A stretch of 59,573 bases of DNA, filler included. It is 4 parts of 4 records of this genome, joined end to end, with 100 filler letters (N's around TTAATTAATTAA, not from the genome) between each part and the next. Parts side by side here need not be neighbours in the genome. Positions count along the whole stretch, not along the records: positions 25,302 to 52,491 come from DRR378314_789; 3 more parts are not named here. One strand, given 5' to 3'. The notes under the pieces were generated by a model. It made no database searches. It was given only the letters and a program-made list of their open reading frames with translations, and was not told the origin of the DNA. The position numbers and the translations under genes are program-made. Every line of letters starts with the position of its first letter. Position 1 is the first letter of the stretch. Positions 40,051 to 50,100 of the stretch are shown here, piece by piece.

Positions 40051-41079
40051 TCAGACGGTCTCTGTGACTTTCTTGAGCCCTGCGGGGGCGTCGGGGTTTT
40101 GACCCAAACGAAGTGAGAGATCCTCGACGAAGCGATAAAAGGCGATGGCTTGCAGCACTGGATCAAGCAGCGGGTTGGTCGAGCTTGGTACCGGAAGGCT
40201 TCGTTTGTCGGAGGCATCACCAATCATAAAGACTGTTGCACCTTGTTGTCGTAGTTTCATCGCAGCGGCGTCAATCGACTGAGCGGCGGCGTCATTGGTG
40301 CGAAACAACATTGCGGCAAACTGATCGCCTGCGATGGCGACAGGACCGTGCAGCATTTCAGCAGCGGAGTAAGCTTCTGCGTGCAGGCGACAGGTTTCCT
40401 TGAACTTGAGCGCAGCTTCTGCGGCAACCGCATATCCGGGGCCGCGTCCGATGCAGAAAAGCGAGCCAGCGCGGGCGACAGGCACGCTGGCCGCGCCCCA
40501 ATCAACATGCAATGTTGCCTGCGCCAGTTGGGGGAGATCTGCAAGTGCGGTTTTTAACTCTTTATTATTGGTGAACCCGGCGAGAATCCCAAGCGAGGCA
40601 AACAGCATCCCTACATAAGATTTCGTCGCAGCCACGGCTTTCTCCGGCCCGGCATATACCGGCAGCACGGTGTCTGATGCCTCGGCAAGCAAAGAATCCA
40701 CAACATTCAGGACAGAGATGGTTTCTGCGCCACCTTTCTTGGCCGCCGCCTGTAGCTTTGTCAGATCCGGGCTGCCGCCCGATTGGGAAAAGGCAATAGA
40801 GGCGAAGCCATCCAGTTTCAGCTGTGCCTCATAAACCGATGCAACAGAGGGTCCAATCGAGGCGGTGGGCAGCCCGGTTTGCGTTTCGATCAGATATTTA
40901 AAGTACGTCGCGGCATGATCCGATGTGCCCCTTGCACAGGTTACAAACCCACGAATGTTTGATGCAGCCAGCTTTGCGCCAGCCTCCCAATATTGGTCCA
41001 GCCCGTCCTGCAACTGACGTTCGAACATGGTCGGAATCTCGGCAATCTCTCGTGCCATAAAGGTTTTATGCGTCGCCAT
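40051..41079 (-). CDS. SIS-domain glucosamine-6-phosphate deaminase (NagB-II/GlmS isomerase-like)
   Basis: Motifs ARGTSDHA, SQSGGSPD, AGPEKAVAATKS, EAALKFKE and PDAP.GLKKVT. No glutaminase domain. Confidence 0.88.
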   Translation of the reverse strand: MATHKTFMAREIAEIPTMFERQLQDGLDQYWEAGAKLAASNIRGFVTCARGTSDHAATYFKYLIETQTGLPTASIGPSVASVYEAQLKLDGFASIAFSQSGGSPDLTKLQAAAKKGGAETISVLNVVDSLLAEASDTVLPVYAGPEKAVAATKSYVGMLFASLGILAGFTNNKELKTALADLPQLAQATLHVDWGAASVPVARAGSLFCIGRGPGYAVAAEAALKFKETCRLHAEAYSAAEMLHGPVAIAGDQFAAMLFRTNDAAAQSIDAAAMKLRQQGATVFMIGDASDKRSLPVPSSTNPLLDPVLQAIAFYRFVEDLSLRLGQNPDAPAGLKKVTETV

Positions 41080-41082
41080 GGT

Positions 41083-41823
41083 TTAATGCACTCCGGTGAT
41101 CATGGACACGATCTCATTCTTGTCGGTCTCGGCAGTGTTTCTGATGCCGATCTGCTCTCCGCGCCGCAGCACGCAGATCCGGTCAGACAGGGTGAACACT
41201 TGATCAAGGCTGTGGCTGATGATCAAAATGGCAAGGTTGCGCGCCTTTAGTGAGGCGATCAACTCTTCTACTCTAGCCGTTTCGGCAACGCCCAAGGCGG
41301 CGGTGGGTTCATCAAGCAGGATGAGCTTGCTGGCCCAATGGGTTGCACGTGCGATGGCGATGCCTTGCCGTTGGCCGCCGCTGAGGTCGCGGATGGTAGA
41401 GCTGGCAGAAGGGATGCGCACGTCCAACTCGTCAACCAGGGCCTGGCTGTCCCTGCGCATCTTTTCTTTGTCGAGCAGCCCGAAGGGTTTCTTTGTCAAT
41501 TCGCGACCAAGGAACATGTTCATATAAACAGGTTGTTCATCGGCAAGTGCGAGATCCTGATACACCACCTCAATGCCTCGGCTGCGGGCAGAACTGGCGT
41601 CGGCAAAGGCAACCGGTTCATTGTCCAGACGTATTTCACCCGAAGTTGGCTTGTAGACGCCAGAGATCATCTTGATTAGCGTCGACTTGCCGGCACCGTT
41701 ATCCCCCACAAGCGCAACGATTTCGCCGGCCTTGAGATCAAGCGAGAAATCCTGAATAGCGGTAATCGCGCCAAAGGTTTTATGGATGTTCTTCAGTTCC
41801 AAAACTGTCGGTTGTTCGGTCAT
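41083..41823 (-). CDS. Sugar ABC transporter ATP-binding protein
   Basis: Motifs GDNGAGKS, LSGGQRQ and DEPTAALG. Confidence 0.93.
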   Translation of the reverse strand: MTEQPTVLELKNIHKTFGAITAIQDFSLDLKAGEIVALVGDNGAGKSTLIKMISGVYKPTSGEIRLDNEPVAFADASSARSRGIEVVYQDLALADEQPVYMNMFLGRELTKKPFGLLDKEKMRRDSQALVDELDVRIPSASSTIRDLSGGQRQGIAIARATHWASKLILLDEPTAALGVAETARVEELIASLKARNLAILIISHSLDQVFTLSDRICVLRRGEQIGIRNTAETDKNEIVSMITGVH

Positions 41824-43031
41824 GACTGATATGCCCCCGGCCATGCGACAGGGTCGCCAAAGCCGTTTTCAATTGTGGTTACTTCTGGGTTCCCGGATGA
41901 AATGCCACGGATCCCTACAACAAGGGCACGGGTCACAAAGGCCTGCCCGCGAAAGCCAAAGACCACAGTATCGCGCGGCTTGGGCGCATTTTCACCGGTG
42001 GCATCGATCATCGCGTAGTAGTCGATTGCAGAATAGTCGGGGATTTCAACCTTGTGCAGGTCTTCAGCCCGAGAGGTGGGGGAGGAACCACAGAGCGCCT
42101 TGACCTGATACTTCGGAAAAACCGGATCGATATAAAGCCCGCCACCAAAGCAATAGGCTTTGTCACCGTGGTGATGCGACACCTCGGAGAGATAGAGAAC
42201 CGCCGGGTCTTCGGGCAGATCCTCAACGGCGTGAAGCGGTGTGGTGCCATGAAGCGCATTGCCGGGTTCACATTGGGTCGCACCTGCTGCCGCGAGCGCG
42301 GCAAGCATGATAGCGGAATTCGTACCCGGCGCGTTTATCTCAATGTCGTTTCTGCCTACCGCTGCAAGAGCTTCGGCTGCTTTGTTCAACGTTGACAGGT
42401 TGTGGGTCGGCGTGACCTTTCGGTTTTCCTGATCAAAAAGCAGAGCAGGGAAGGTTGTGATACCTGCGAATTTGCCGCCCTCCAAAGCATCAAGCCGATC
42501 TGCCACGGCAACGATATCCGCCGCATCAAACCCGCCTTCGTGACCACGATAGAAGGTGTCACCCTCGGTTTGAATGCGGGCAAGAAGGTTTTGCACCCGC
42601 CCTGCTTTGGCGCTGGCATTGGCGGCCTCTTCTGCTTTGCTGTCTGAAAACACGGTCCAATAGTCCGGCTTCAGCTGAGCGGCTGCAAATGCCGCCTCGC
42701 CAGAGGGGACTTGCACCAAATGGCCCAGATGCCCGGTTTTAAGCCCCGCACGATCACAGGCAATGGCACAGGCCATGTCAACAGCCACAGAGCGTTCGAT
42801 GCCGCCTTTCAGGACAGCCTCGCAAAACCCTGAATGCCTGCCGACCTGCTTTGTCATCGCAAATGTCTTCAGCCCGTGCTTGCGTGCCTCTGCCTGAAAG
42901 ACGCGCACGTTTTGCTCTATAGTATCCAGGTCAAGGATATAGGCGTTGGACGGAAGTTTACCCTGTTGGTGAAGCGCCATGGCAGCTTCAATGAATCGCG
43001 GATTGCGCCGCATTAATAGATCAAGAAACAT
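41820..43031 (-). CDS. YhfX-family PLP-dependent enzyme (alanine racemase fold)
   Basis: MFL..L.RRNP, MTKQ.GR (PLP Lys), GHLVQ.P, EPG.ALHGTTP and SEVSH. Confidence 0.85.
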   Translation of the reverse strand: MFLDLLMRRNPRFIEAAMALHQQGKLPSNAYILDLDTIEQNVRVFQAEARKHGLKTFAMTKQVGRHSGFCEAVLKGGIERSVAVDMACAIACDRAGLKTGHLGHLVQVPSGEAAFAAAQLKPDYWTVFSDSKAEEAANASAKAGRVQNLLARIQTEGDTFYRGHEGGFDAADIVAVADRLDALEGGKFAGITTFPALLFDQENRKVTPTHNLSTLNKAAEALAAVGRNDIEINAPGTNSAIMLAALAAAGATQCEPGNALHGTTPLHAVEDLPEDPAVLYLSEVSHHHGDKAYCFGGGLYIDPVFPKYQVKALCGSSPTSRAEDLHKVEIPDYSAIDYYAMIDATGENAPKPRDTVVFGFRGQAFVTRALVVGIRGISSGNPEVTTIENGFGDPVAWPGAYQS

Positions 43032-43045
43032 GTGATTACCTCCGG

Positions 43046-43999
43046 TTACCGGCTGGTGTCGCGCAGGGAGACTGCGACAGCGAAAAGGATGATGAGACCT
43101 CGGACGATCATTTGATCAGAGACTTTGAGCCCCATCAGGATCAACCCGTTGTTAAGCATACCCATCAGAAGCGAGCCGAGAAGCGCACCAATGATGGAGC
43201 CCTTGCCGCCATTCAGCGCGGTACCGCCAACGATCACTGCGGCAATCACAATCATCAAATCACTTTCGCCCAAAGTGTATTTGGCGGCCTGTAAACGCCC
43301 CGCATAAAGCAGCCCGGCAAGCCCGGCCATCCCGCCGCAAAGGGTCAGAACATAAAGCCGGATGCGCGGTACTTTGATGCCTGAAACCTGCGCTGCGCGG
43401 GCGTTGTCACCAACGGCAAGAACATGTGCCCCGAACTTTGTGTTGCGGTAGACGATATGGCCAATGACAACTGCAGCGACTGTCCAGATCACCAGTGAGT
43501 GAACCGACAGGAACCGGCCTGACCCAAAAAAGCTGGTGAAGGTATCGTTCAGAACCGGAATGGAACGCAGGTTGGTCATCGATCGTGCGATGCCTGCGAA
43601 AAGCCCCATCGTGGCAAGCGTTACAAGAAAGGAAGGCAGGCGCAGATAGGCAACGAGAAACCCGTTGAATGCCCCGATGGCAAGGCCCACGCCAAGGCCA
43701 ACCAAGACGCCAACAATCAGCGGGTAATCTTGCAGTGCAAGGGCTGCCGCCAGCGCCGAAACCGCGACAATTGATCCAAAGCTAAGGTCAATTTCACCAG
43801 CGGAAAGGGCAAAGACCAGCCCGATGGCCATGATTGTTGCCGGTGCGGTTTGTAGTACGATGTTAGTCAGATTGCGCGAGGTGAGAAAGCCATCGTCACG
43901 CAATGTGATGGCGAAGAACAGGAAGATTGCGAGAAAGCCAAAGTAAATTACGCTTTTTTGCAGATCGAATGCTTTAAGTTTTTCAAGGGCTGGTGTCAT
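43046..43999 (-). CDS. Sugar ABC transporter permease (RbsC-like)
   Basis: Motifs IDLSFG, AVGDN..AA..SGI and IAAVIVGGT.L.GG.G. Confidence 0.93.
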   Translation of the reverse strand: MTPALEKLKAFDLQKSVIYFGFLAIFLFFAITLRDDGFLTSRNLTNIVLQTAPATIMAIGLVFALSAGEIDLSFGSIVAVSALAAALALQDYPLIVGVLVGLGVGLAIGAFNGFLVAYLRLPSFLVTLATMGLFAGIARSMTNLRSIPVLNDTFTSFFGSGRFLSVHSLVIWTVAAVVIGHIVYRNTKFGAHVLAVGDNARAAQVSGIKVPRIRLYVLTLCGGMAGLAGLLYAGRLQAAKYTLGESDLMIVIAAVIVGGTALNGGKGSIIGALLGSLLMGMLNNGLILMGLKVSDQMIVRGLIILFAVAVSLRDTSR

Positions 44000-44062
44000 C
44001 GGGTATAACCTTCAATTCGAATTCGGGTGAGCCGCCATAAAGACCCACCCAGGAACGCGTTC

Positions 44063-45130
44063 TTAGTTCGCCGCATTCACGACCGTTTCGGGCGGGGCCA
44101 TGTTCAGGGATTTGTTCCAGCCTTCGACGATGTTATCGCGACCAATGGCCAAGGCATCGACAACCAGAAACGGATCGACCGAACGCTCCAGCAAGCTGAG
44201 TGCTGCCGAACGGGCGGCATAGACACCGATGCTATAGGCTTCATCAGCAATGATACCTGCCGTGTTGCCACCTTTGAGCATATCAAGTGCAACCGGTTCG
44301 TTCAGGTCGATGGTGACAACCTTCGTATTATCATTCCCGTCCTGACGCAGAACGGATAACACCCCAAGGGCGGGTTCGGCCCAGGGTGTATAGATGCCGC
44401 CCAAATCGGGGTTGCGCGAAAGCATGGCGCGGGCAATACCTTCGGCGTTGGCAGGATCCGTCATGCCGCTTTCGACAACGATTTCCATATCCGGGTAGTC
44501 GTTTTCGATGGTCCACTTGAAAGCGTTGTCACGTTGGTTCGTGACGGGAAAATCCGCATCGTGGAACATGTAGCCTACGGTCCCTTGCTTCCCCATTGCT
44601 GTGGCAAGCGTATGGGCCGCCTTATTGCCGATCTGGAACAAATCAGCGGAAACAACGGTGACGTAATCCACGCCATGGGTGAACCCTTTGACCGCATTGT
44701 CGATGAAGACCAGCTTCACACCAGCGTCGCGGGCAATGCCATAGACGCCTGAGGCCGTTGGCGGGTCGATTGGCAGTGAGACAATGATTGTCGGATTGTT
44801 CGCCATCACAGTTTCGACATCGGATTTTTGACGGGCGGTATCAAAACCCGCATTGGTCTCTGCGATGACCTCGATGCCCAGACGCGAAAACTCGTCTTTT
44901 GCGCCTTGGGCGACGGCATTGGACCAGTCATAAAGTTCGTGCCAGACCAATGCAGCGGTGTAACCACCCTCGGCGACCTTGGCGACATCCGCCTCAGAAA
45001 GCTGTAGGGATGCGACGGGTGTCGGGGCCTCGCCATTTGGGCCCATGGTCTGCGGGTGGTTGTCCGCAAAGGCAAATGAAGGTATTGCGATAGCTGACGA
45101 GAGCGCCAGTAATTTCAGTGTACGTAGCAT
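44063..45130 (-). CDS. Sugar ABC substrate-binding protein (Peripla_BP_4)
   Basis: Signal peptide and RbsB-like fold motifs. Paralog of the next gene. Confidence 0.9.
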   Translation of the reverse strand: MLRTLKLLALSSAIAIPSFAFADNHPQTMGPNGEAPTPVASLQLSEADVAKVAEGGYTAALVWHELYDWSNAVAQGAKDEFSRLGIEVIAETNAGFDTARQKSDVETVMANNPTIIVSLPIDPPTASGVYGIARDAGVKLVFIDNAVKGFTHGVDYVTVVSADLFQIGNKAAHTLATAMGKQGTVGYMFHDADFPVTNQRDNAFKWTIENDYPDMEIVVESGMTDPANAEGIARAMLSRNPDLGGIYTPWAEPALGVLSVLRQDGNDNTKVVTIDLNEPVALDMLKGGNTAGIIADEAYSIGVYAARSAALSLLERSVDPFLVVDALAIGRDNIVEGWNKSLNMAPPETVVNAAN

Positions 45131-45273
45131 TTGGTTTTCCCTGTTTTGTGAAGATTACGTGGAAAGTTTATGGGTGCGCCGTTAGGGGCGTTCTCGTTAC
45201 CTAAGTTGATTGGTTCCTTTTCTGCTCTGGGCCTGTGGGGGAGAGACCAATCCGCGCTCCCCCGGAAAATGAC

Positions 45274-46326
45274 TTATTTCTCCGTCAGGCTTTTGGGTGC
45301 TTCGCTGTGCAACGAAGTGTTCCAGGCCTCAGCCACATTGTCGGCCGTCACAGTGATGGCGGGGGCCACGACAAAGGGCGGCACCTCTTCGCCTAGTAGA
45401 TCAAGAACCGCAGAGGCGGCCATCGCACGGCCAAGCTCATAGGCTTCGTCCGCAACGATTGCAGCAACATTGCCGCCGCGGACCATATCCAGTGCGACAG
45501 GCTCTGACAGGTCAAGCGTCACAATTTTTGTGCTGTCATTGCCATTGGCACGAAGGGCGGCCAGAACACCCTCTGCCGGGCCTGCCCATGTGACGTAAAT
45601 GCCGCCTAGATCAGGATTTTTAAGCAACATGGCGTTGGCGATTTCCTCTGCCCGTGCCGGATCGCTGATCCCTTGTTCCGCGACAATCGAGATGTTCGGA
45701 TAATCGTTTTCGATCGTTGCCTTGAACGCGTTGTCGCGTTGATTTGTCACGTAGTAGGAAGCATCGTGATAGATCCAGCCAACCGTGCCGGTATTGTCCA
45801 TGGCCGCAGCCAGCGCATCTGCCGCCTGTTTGCCCATCTGAAAAAGATCATCCGTTACAATTGCTGCATAGTCAGCCGGATGTTCGTAGCCGGCAGGCAG
45901 GTTTGACAAAAAGCTCAGCGCAACACCGGCTTCCTTGGCTTCTCCAAACGCCGCTGCAGAGGTGACCGGGTCCAAAGGCAAGGAGAGGATGATGCTTGGC
46001 CGCTTTGCCATTGAGGTTTCGATATCGCTGCGCTGTTTGGCAGCGTCAAATCCGGCGCTGGTGACCGCAACAACCTCGACGCCCAACCGGGCAAATTCAT
46101 CGCTGGCACCGGCGGTCACAGCGTTCACAAAATCCGATTGGTCGTGCCACAAGAGGGCGGCAGTGTAGTTTGCAGCCTGAACCGCCGCGACCTGATCGTC
46201 GCTCACGAATACTTCTGAGGTTGGTGTCGCCGTTTCGCCGCCGGGTCCGACGGTTTGCGCATGTACGGTTGATACAGCGAGGCAGAACAGCCCTGCGGCC
46301 GCAAAATTGCTAACAAAATGTTTCAT
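45274..46326 (-). CDS. Sugar ABC substrate-binding protein (Peripla_BP_4)
   Basis: Signal peptide. Shares QT.GP.GE..TP and VTNQRDNAFK with 44063-45130. Confidence 0.9.
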   Translation of the reverse strand: MKHFVSNFAAAGLFCLAVSTVHAQTVGPGGETATPTSEVFVSDDQVAAVQAANYTAALLWHDQSDFVNAVTAGASDEFARLGVEVVAVTSAGFDAAKQRSDIETSMAKRPSIILSLPLDPVTSAAAFGEAKEAGVALSFLSNLPAGYEHPADYAAIVTDDLFQMGKQAADALAAAMDNTGTVGWIYHDASYYVTNQRDNAFKATIENDYPNISIVAEQGISDPARAEEIANAMLLKNPDLGGIYVTWAGPAEGVLAALRANGNDSTKIVTLDLSEPVALDMVRGGNVAAIVADEAYELGRAMAASAVLDLLGEEVPPFVVAPAITVTADNVAEAWNTSLHSEAPKSLTEK

Positions 46327-47603
46327 GATGTCCTCCTTGTTGGGTGTTCGTTTTTGGATCGCACGCCGCAATAGCGCGCTATAAACAGCGCGAAGCTACG
46401 GACGGCGGCGAGGTAGTCTTCAATGTCAATTCGTTCTTCGAAGGTATGTGCCACGGCAATGTCGCCCGGCGCGAAATAGATGGCGGGGCATCCGATCTGA
46501 TTGGTCAGGAAAGGCATTTCCGACCAGAAGGGCGCACCGGCAATATTCCCGGCTTCCGGGCGAAACTGCTGGACGCACTCCCGCAGAAGAAGTGCCTGTG
46601 GATTGTCTCGCGCGATTTCGACCGGTGATCCACCTTTGGGATGGTCCCGCCCAGCGGGGTAGTCGATGGAGATCGAGATCCCTTCTGGCAGCGCCCCGAC
46701 ATCCAGTGACGCCTTGAAAGCGGCCACAGCTTCATCCAGATCCTCGCCGGGGCGTAGTTTGCGGATCAGGGAAAGGCTGCCTTCACCGGGGACGGCAATG
46801 AAGCCGCCACAGCCTAAATGCGTTACCAGAATGGAGGGGGCACCAACCAGATCATGCGCCGGGCTGGCAGCAAGGTCTGCCTCGTGCTGCCAAATCTGCG
46901 AAAGCAGTTGGTGCGTGGCCTTTAGCGCGTCAACACCATGTTCAGGTGTACCGAAATAGGCGGTTTTGCCCTTGATGGTAATCTCGGCAATGAAGAACCC
47001 GATTTGCGCTGTGTACACGTCAAGATTGGTCGGTTCGACATAGACGGCAAAATCAGGTTTTGCGATTTCCCCAGCAGTGACCTGCTGGACAAGGTGCTTT
47101 GCCCCGGCGCTGACGCCAGTGCCGGGTTCACCACTTTCCTCGTCCCCGATAAAGGCAAAGGTAAGCGTCTGCTTTGGCACGTAACCTGCGACTTGCAACA
47201 GTCGAAGCCCGGCAATCGCGGCACATATGCCCCCCTTCAGATCACTGGCCCCACGCCCCCAGATAAAACCATTGTGTTCGGTGCCGGCAAAGGGATTGCT
47301 GCGCGCATCCTCACCCCAATGTTCGGCCCAGCCGCGTACATGAACCGTATCGGTATGGCCGACAATCATGAGATTTTGACCGGGTTCGCCTACTTGTTCG
47401 GCCCAAACGTTTTCACGCCCTTCGAGAAATTCCTCCCGCCCTGTCGTGAGGCCGAGCTTGGTTAGCTCTTGATCCAGAAAACGGGCAAAACCTGTTTCGT
47501 TTCCGGTAACACTTTCAACCGCGAGTGCGCTTTTGAGCAGCGCAATGTCCGCGCTTGCATCCTGTGCTGCTTCAAGTTCGCTTTTCAGTTCCTGCGGGCT
47601 CAT
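46323..47603 (-). CDS. M20 family metallo-deacylase (ArgE/DapE-like)
   Basis: Motifs GHTDTV, GRGASDLKGG, DEE, EPT and AHT..E. Confidence 0.9.
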   Translation of the reverse strand: MSPQELKSELEAAQDASADIALLKSALAVESVTGNETGFARFLDQELTKLGLTTGREEFLEGRENVWAEQVGEPGQNLMIVGHTDTVHVRGWAEHWGEDARSNPFAGTEHNGFIWGRGASDLKGGICAAIAGLRLLQVAGYVPKQTLTFAFIGDEESGEPGTGVSAGAKHLVQQVTAGEIAKPDFAVYVEPTNLDVYTAQIGFFIAEITIKGKTAYFGTPEHGVDALKATHQLLSQIWQHEADLAASPAHDLVGAPSILVTHLGCGGFIAVPGEGSLSLIRKLRPGEDLDEAVAAFKASLDVGALPEGISISIDYPAGRDHPKGGSPVEIARDNPQALLLRECVQQFRPEAGNIAGAPFWSEMPFLTNQIGCPAIYFAPGDIAVAHTFEERIDIEDYLAAVRSFALFIARYCGVRSKNEHPTRRTS

Positions 47604-48814
47604 GATGCACCTGCTTTGAAATAGGCAATGTCAGGTGGCGGAACTGAAATTTCTGCACCTTTCTGACCTTCGGCAAACAGGGACAAATGCAGATGCGTCA
47701 GGGCAACCGAGGCCCCACCGGCCAATGCGGCATGATCACCCAACCGGGATTTTTCGATCTCGAATGGCTTGGGGCAACACATCGCCATATATCGCCTGAC
47801 CCGTTCGAGAAGCTCCTCGCGAATGCCGATTGAACCGCCCAGAACAATTGCAGAAGGGTCAACCACCGCAACCAAGGCGGCGGCCCCGCGGGAAATTTGT
47901 TTGGCAACCTCATCCAGCGTTGTCAGGGCCGCCGCGTCACCGGCGTTTGCCGCTTCGAAAATGCTGGGCACATCCGCGGTTTGTCCTGACTTGGAGGCAT
48001 ATAGATCGATGATTGCCTTGGTCGCGCTTACCCGTTCGAAGGCACCCACCTCCAGGCTTTCCTGTTCAAAGGGGTCGGCACCGAAGGGCAGAAAGCCGAT
48101 TTCGCCAGCCCCGCCGGTGCTGCCGCGCAGCAGGTTTCCGCCAACAACAATGCCTGCACCAATGCCTGTTCCGACCGAGATGAAGACCAGATCGTCAGTG
48201 TCACCCGGATTGCCCAACCAATGTTCGCCAAGAGCCGCGAGGTTGACGTCGTTTTCCACAAAGACCTCAACCCCAAGCCGATCTTGCAGTGATCCGGCAA
48301 GGTCAATCTGATCGATGCCTGCGATGTTTGGTGCCATGAGGACCGCACCGGTCTCTGCTTCGGGCACGCCGGGAACCCCCACCACTGCAATACGAAGTTC
48401 GCCAAAATTGCTGCCCGGTGCGTCGGTCGACGCCCGGATCAGCCGAACAATCTGATCAACGATGCTGATGCCGCCTTCATGGCTTGTCGGCTCCACCCGC
48501 TCTGCGAGAACCTTGCCGGTCAGATCGCAGAGCGCGACACGTACCTTGGTCCCACCAAGATCGACGCTGGCAATGGTCGCGGCAGAGGGTGAAATCTCAT
48601 AGACGACCGCGCGTCGCCCGATGTTGCCTTCTGTTTGCCCGACCACCCGAACCCAGCCCTCAGCTTCCAGATTTGCAACGATCTCGGAGACTGTTTGCTT
48701 GGACAGACCTGTCTGCTTTGCAACGCTGGCTCGAGAAGTGGGCCCGTAGTTCGCAATCGCTTGAATCACGGCGCTCTGGGACATTCTTCTTGAGATTCTT
48801 GACTGATGCTCCAC
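47600..48814 (-). CDS. ROK-family transcriptional regulator
   Basis: N-terminal HTH (SRA.VA..TGLSK.TVS) plus DLGGT, ENDVNLAALGE and GEIG. Confidence 0.92.
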   Translation of the reverse strand: MEHQSRISRRMSQSAVIQAIANYGPTSRASVAKQTGLSKQTVSEIVANLEAEGWVRVVGQTEGNIGRRAVVYEISPSAATIASVDLGGTKVRVALCDLTGKVLAERVEPTSHEGGISIVDQIVRLIRASTDAPGSNFGELRIAVVGVPGVPEAETGAVLMAPNIAGIDQIDLAGSLQDRLGVEVFVENDVNLAALGEHWLGNPGDTDDLVFISVGTGIGAGIVVGGNLLRGSTGGAGEIGFLPFGADPFEQESLEVGAFERVSATKAIIDLYASKSGQTADVPSIFEAANAGDAAALTTLDEVAKQISRGAAALVAVVDPSAIVLGGSIGIREELLERVRRYMAMCCPKPFEIEKSRLGDHAALAGGASVALTHLHLSLFAEGQKGAEISVPPPDIAYFKAGAS

Positions 48815-48824
48815 GGCGACTCCT

Positions 48825-48849
48825 TTTATTCGTCTAGTTACCGAACTAA
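48825..48849. promoter_or_regulatory. Candidate ROK operator overlapping the operon promoter
   Basis: Imperfect dyad TT..TTCG-N9-CGAA..AA just upstream of the RBS. A TTGACG -35 lies on the minus strand at 48867-48872. Confidence 0.4.
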
Positions 48850-49149
48850 TAGAGATGGATCACATTCGTCAATAAGAATTTCAGGTTTATGAAGGCCGCA
48901 GGGATGGCTGGCCTCTTGTGAGAACGAGGTGAATGAGGGTGATTTATAACGCAGTAATAGGGCGTTAGCTGACACGTAAGATGTGCTGACAGGCAGTGAA
49001 TGAACGGGAAATACTGTCAGCTCAGACGAGGCCCGTCAGCGTTTCTGATAAGTGGTCGCGCTAATTTTTCAGCGGCAGTATCATCATTCTAAGCACCGTA
49101 GTTTCCAGAACGACCCCTCAAAAGAAAGGGCAATCACGGTCTTTGACAC

Positions 49150-50022
49150 CTATGGCAGCAGCTGCGCCGCCATCGCAAAAGCGCCTTCAAGTGCTGACCC
49201 TTTAGGCGGGTGGACATTGCGAACAAGCGTCTCAGGCAGGTAGGCGGCATAGTGAGGTCCAACGCCGCCGGTCAAAACCAAGTGGTCACCCGGTTTGAAG
49301 CCAAGCGTATTCAGAGCCGTTTCAAGATAAACCGCACCTTCGGCCATAAGCGTCAGAGCCATGGCGTCACCGGCGGCGGCAGCATTGATCAACTCACGGG
49401 CCAGCGTCGCATATGCGGCGGGGTTGGCAGTACTGCTGAATTGCACGATGCCCATCAGCCCGCCTTTCGCGGCACAGACTGTCCGGCTAAGGTCGCTGTG
49501 CGGGCGCAGCTCATCTTCGGCAAGAACAAGTTCTTCCAGCAGTCGCCGCCCCAGCCAGGCACCGGACGCATGGTCGGACAAGTCAAACCCCCAGCCGCCA
49601 ACGGTTTTCATTTTCAGATCTTTTTGTCGGGCCACAATTGTCCCGGTGCCCAAGGCCACAACATAACCGTCTGCTGTCCCCAGGGCACCACGCACCGAAG
49701 TTTCGCGGTCCCCCGATACGCCGCAACGGCCATAGGGTAGGGCAGCCAAAAGCGCCTGCACCTCAACATCAGAATGCGCCCCTGCAACACCCAGATGCGC
49801 GGTGATCTGATCAAGCGGTGTCTGTGCGAGCCCTGCGTTTTCAAGCGCTTGTGCGATGGCAGCTGTCAGATTGGCAACGGCGGTGTCAAAGTCGCTGTGA
49901 ATATTCCCGGGGCCATTGCTTGCCTGACCAAGAATACCCTGCGCCGCTGTGCCCGCTGCCGCACGGCATCCACTGCCGCCACCATCAGCCGCAACGATAA
50001 CTTGGGGTTCTGACATGTTCAT
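49150..50022 (-). CDS. BadF/BadG-type N-acetylglucosamine kinase-like ATPase
   Basis: Motifs DGGGSGCR, GVAG, LGTG, GGWGF.LSD.ASGAWLG and LTGG. Confidence 0.88.
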   Translation of the reverse strand: MNMSEPQVIVAADGGGSGCRAAAGTAAQGILGQASNGPGNIHSDFDTAVANLTAAIAQALENAGLAQTPLDQITAHLGVAGAHSDVEVQALLAALPYGRCGVSGDRETSVRGALGTADGYVVALGTGTIVARQKDLKMKTVGGWGFDLSDHASGAWLGRRLLEELVLAEDELRPHSDLSRTVCAAKGGLMGIVQFSSTANPAAYATLARELINAAAAGDAMALTLMAEGAVYLETALNTLGFKPGDHLVLTGGVGPHYAAYLPETLVRNVHPPKGSALEGAFAMAAQLLP

Positions 50023-50100
50023 CTTCTCACTATAAAGCGCCGAAGGCGGCGATGCCTATAGCCCGCGCTATGTGGCTCGCAAAAAGGGCGTGTTGGTTTG

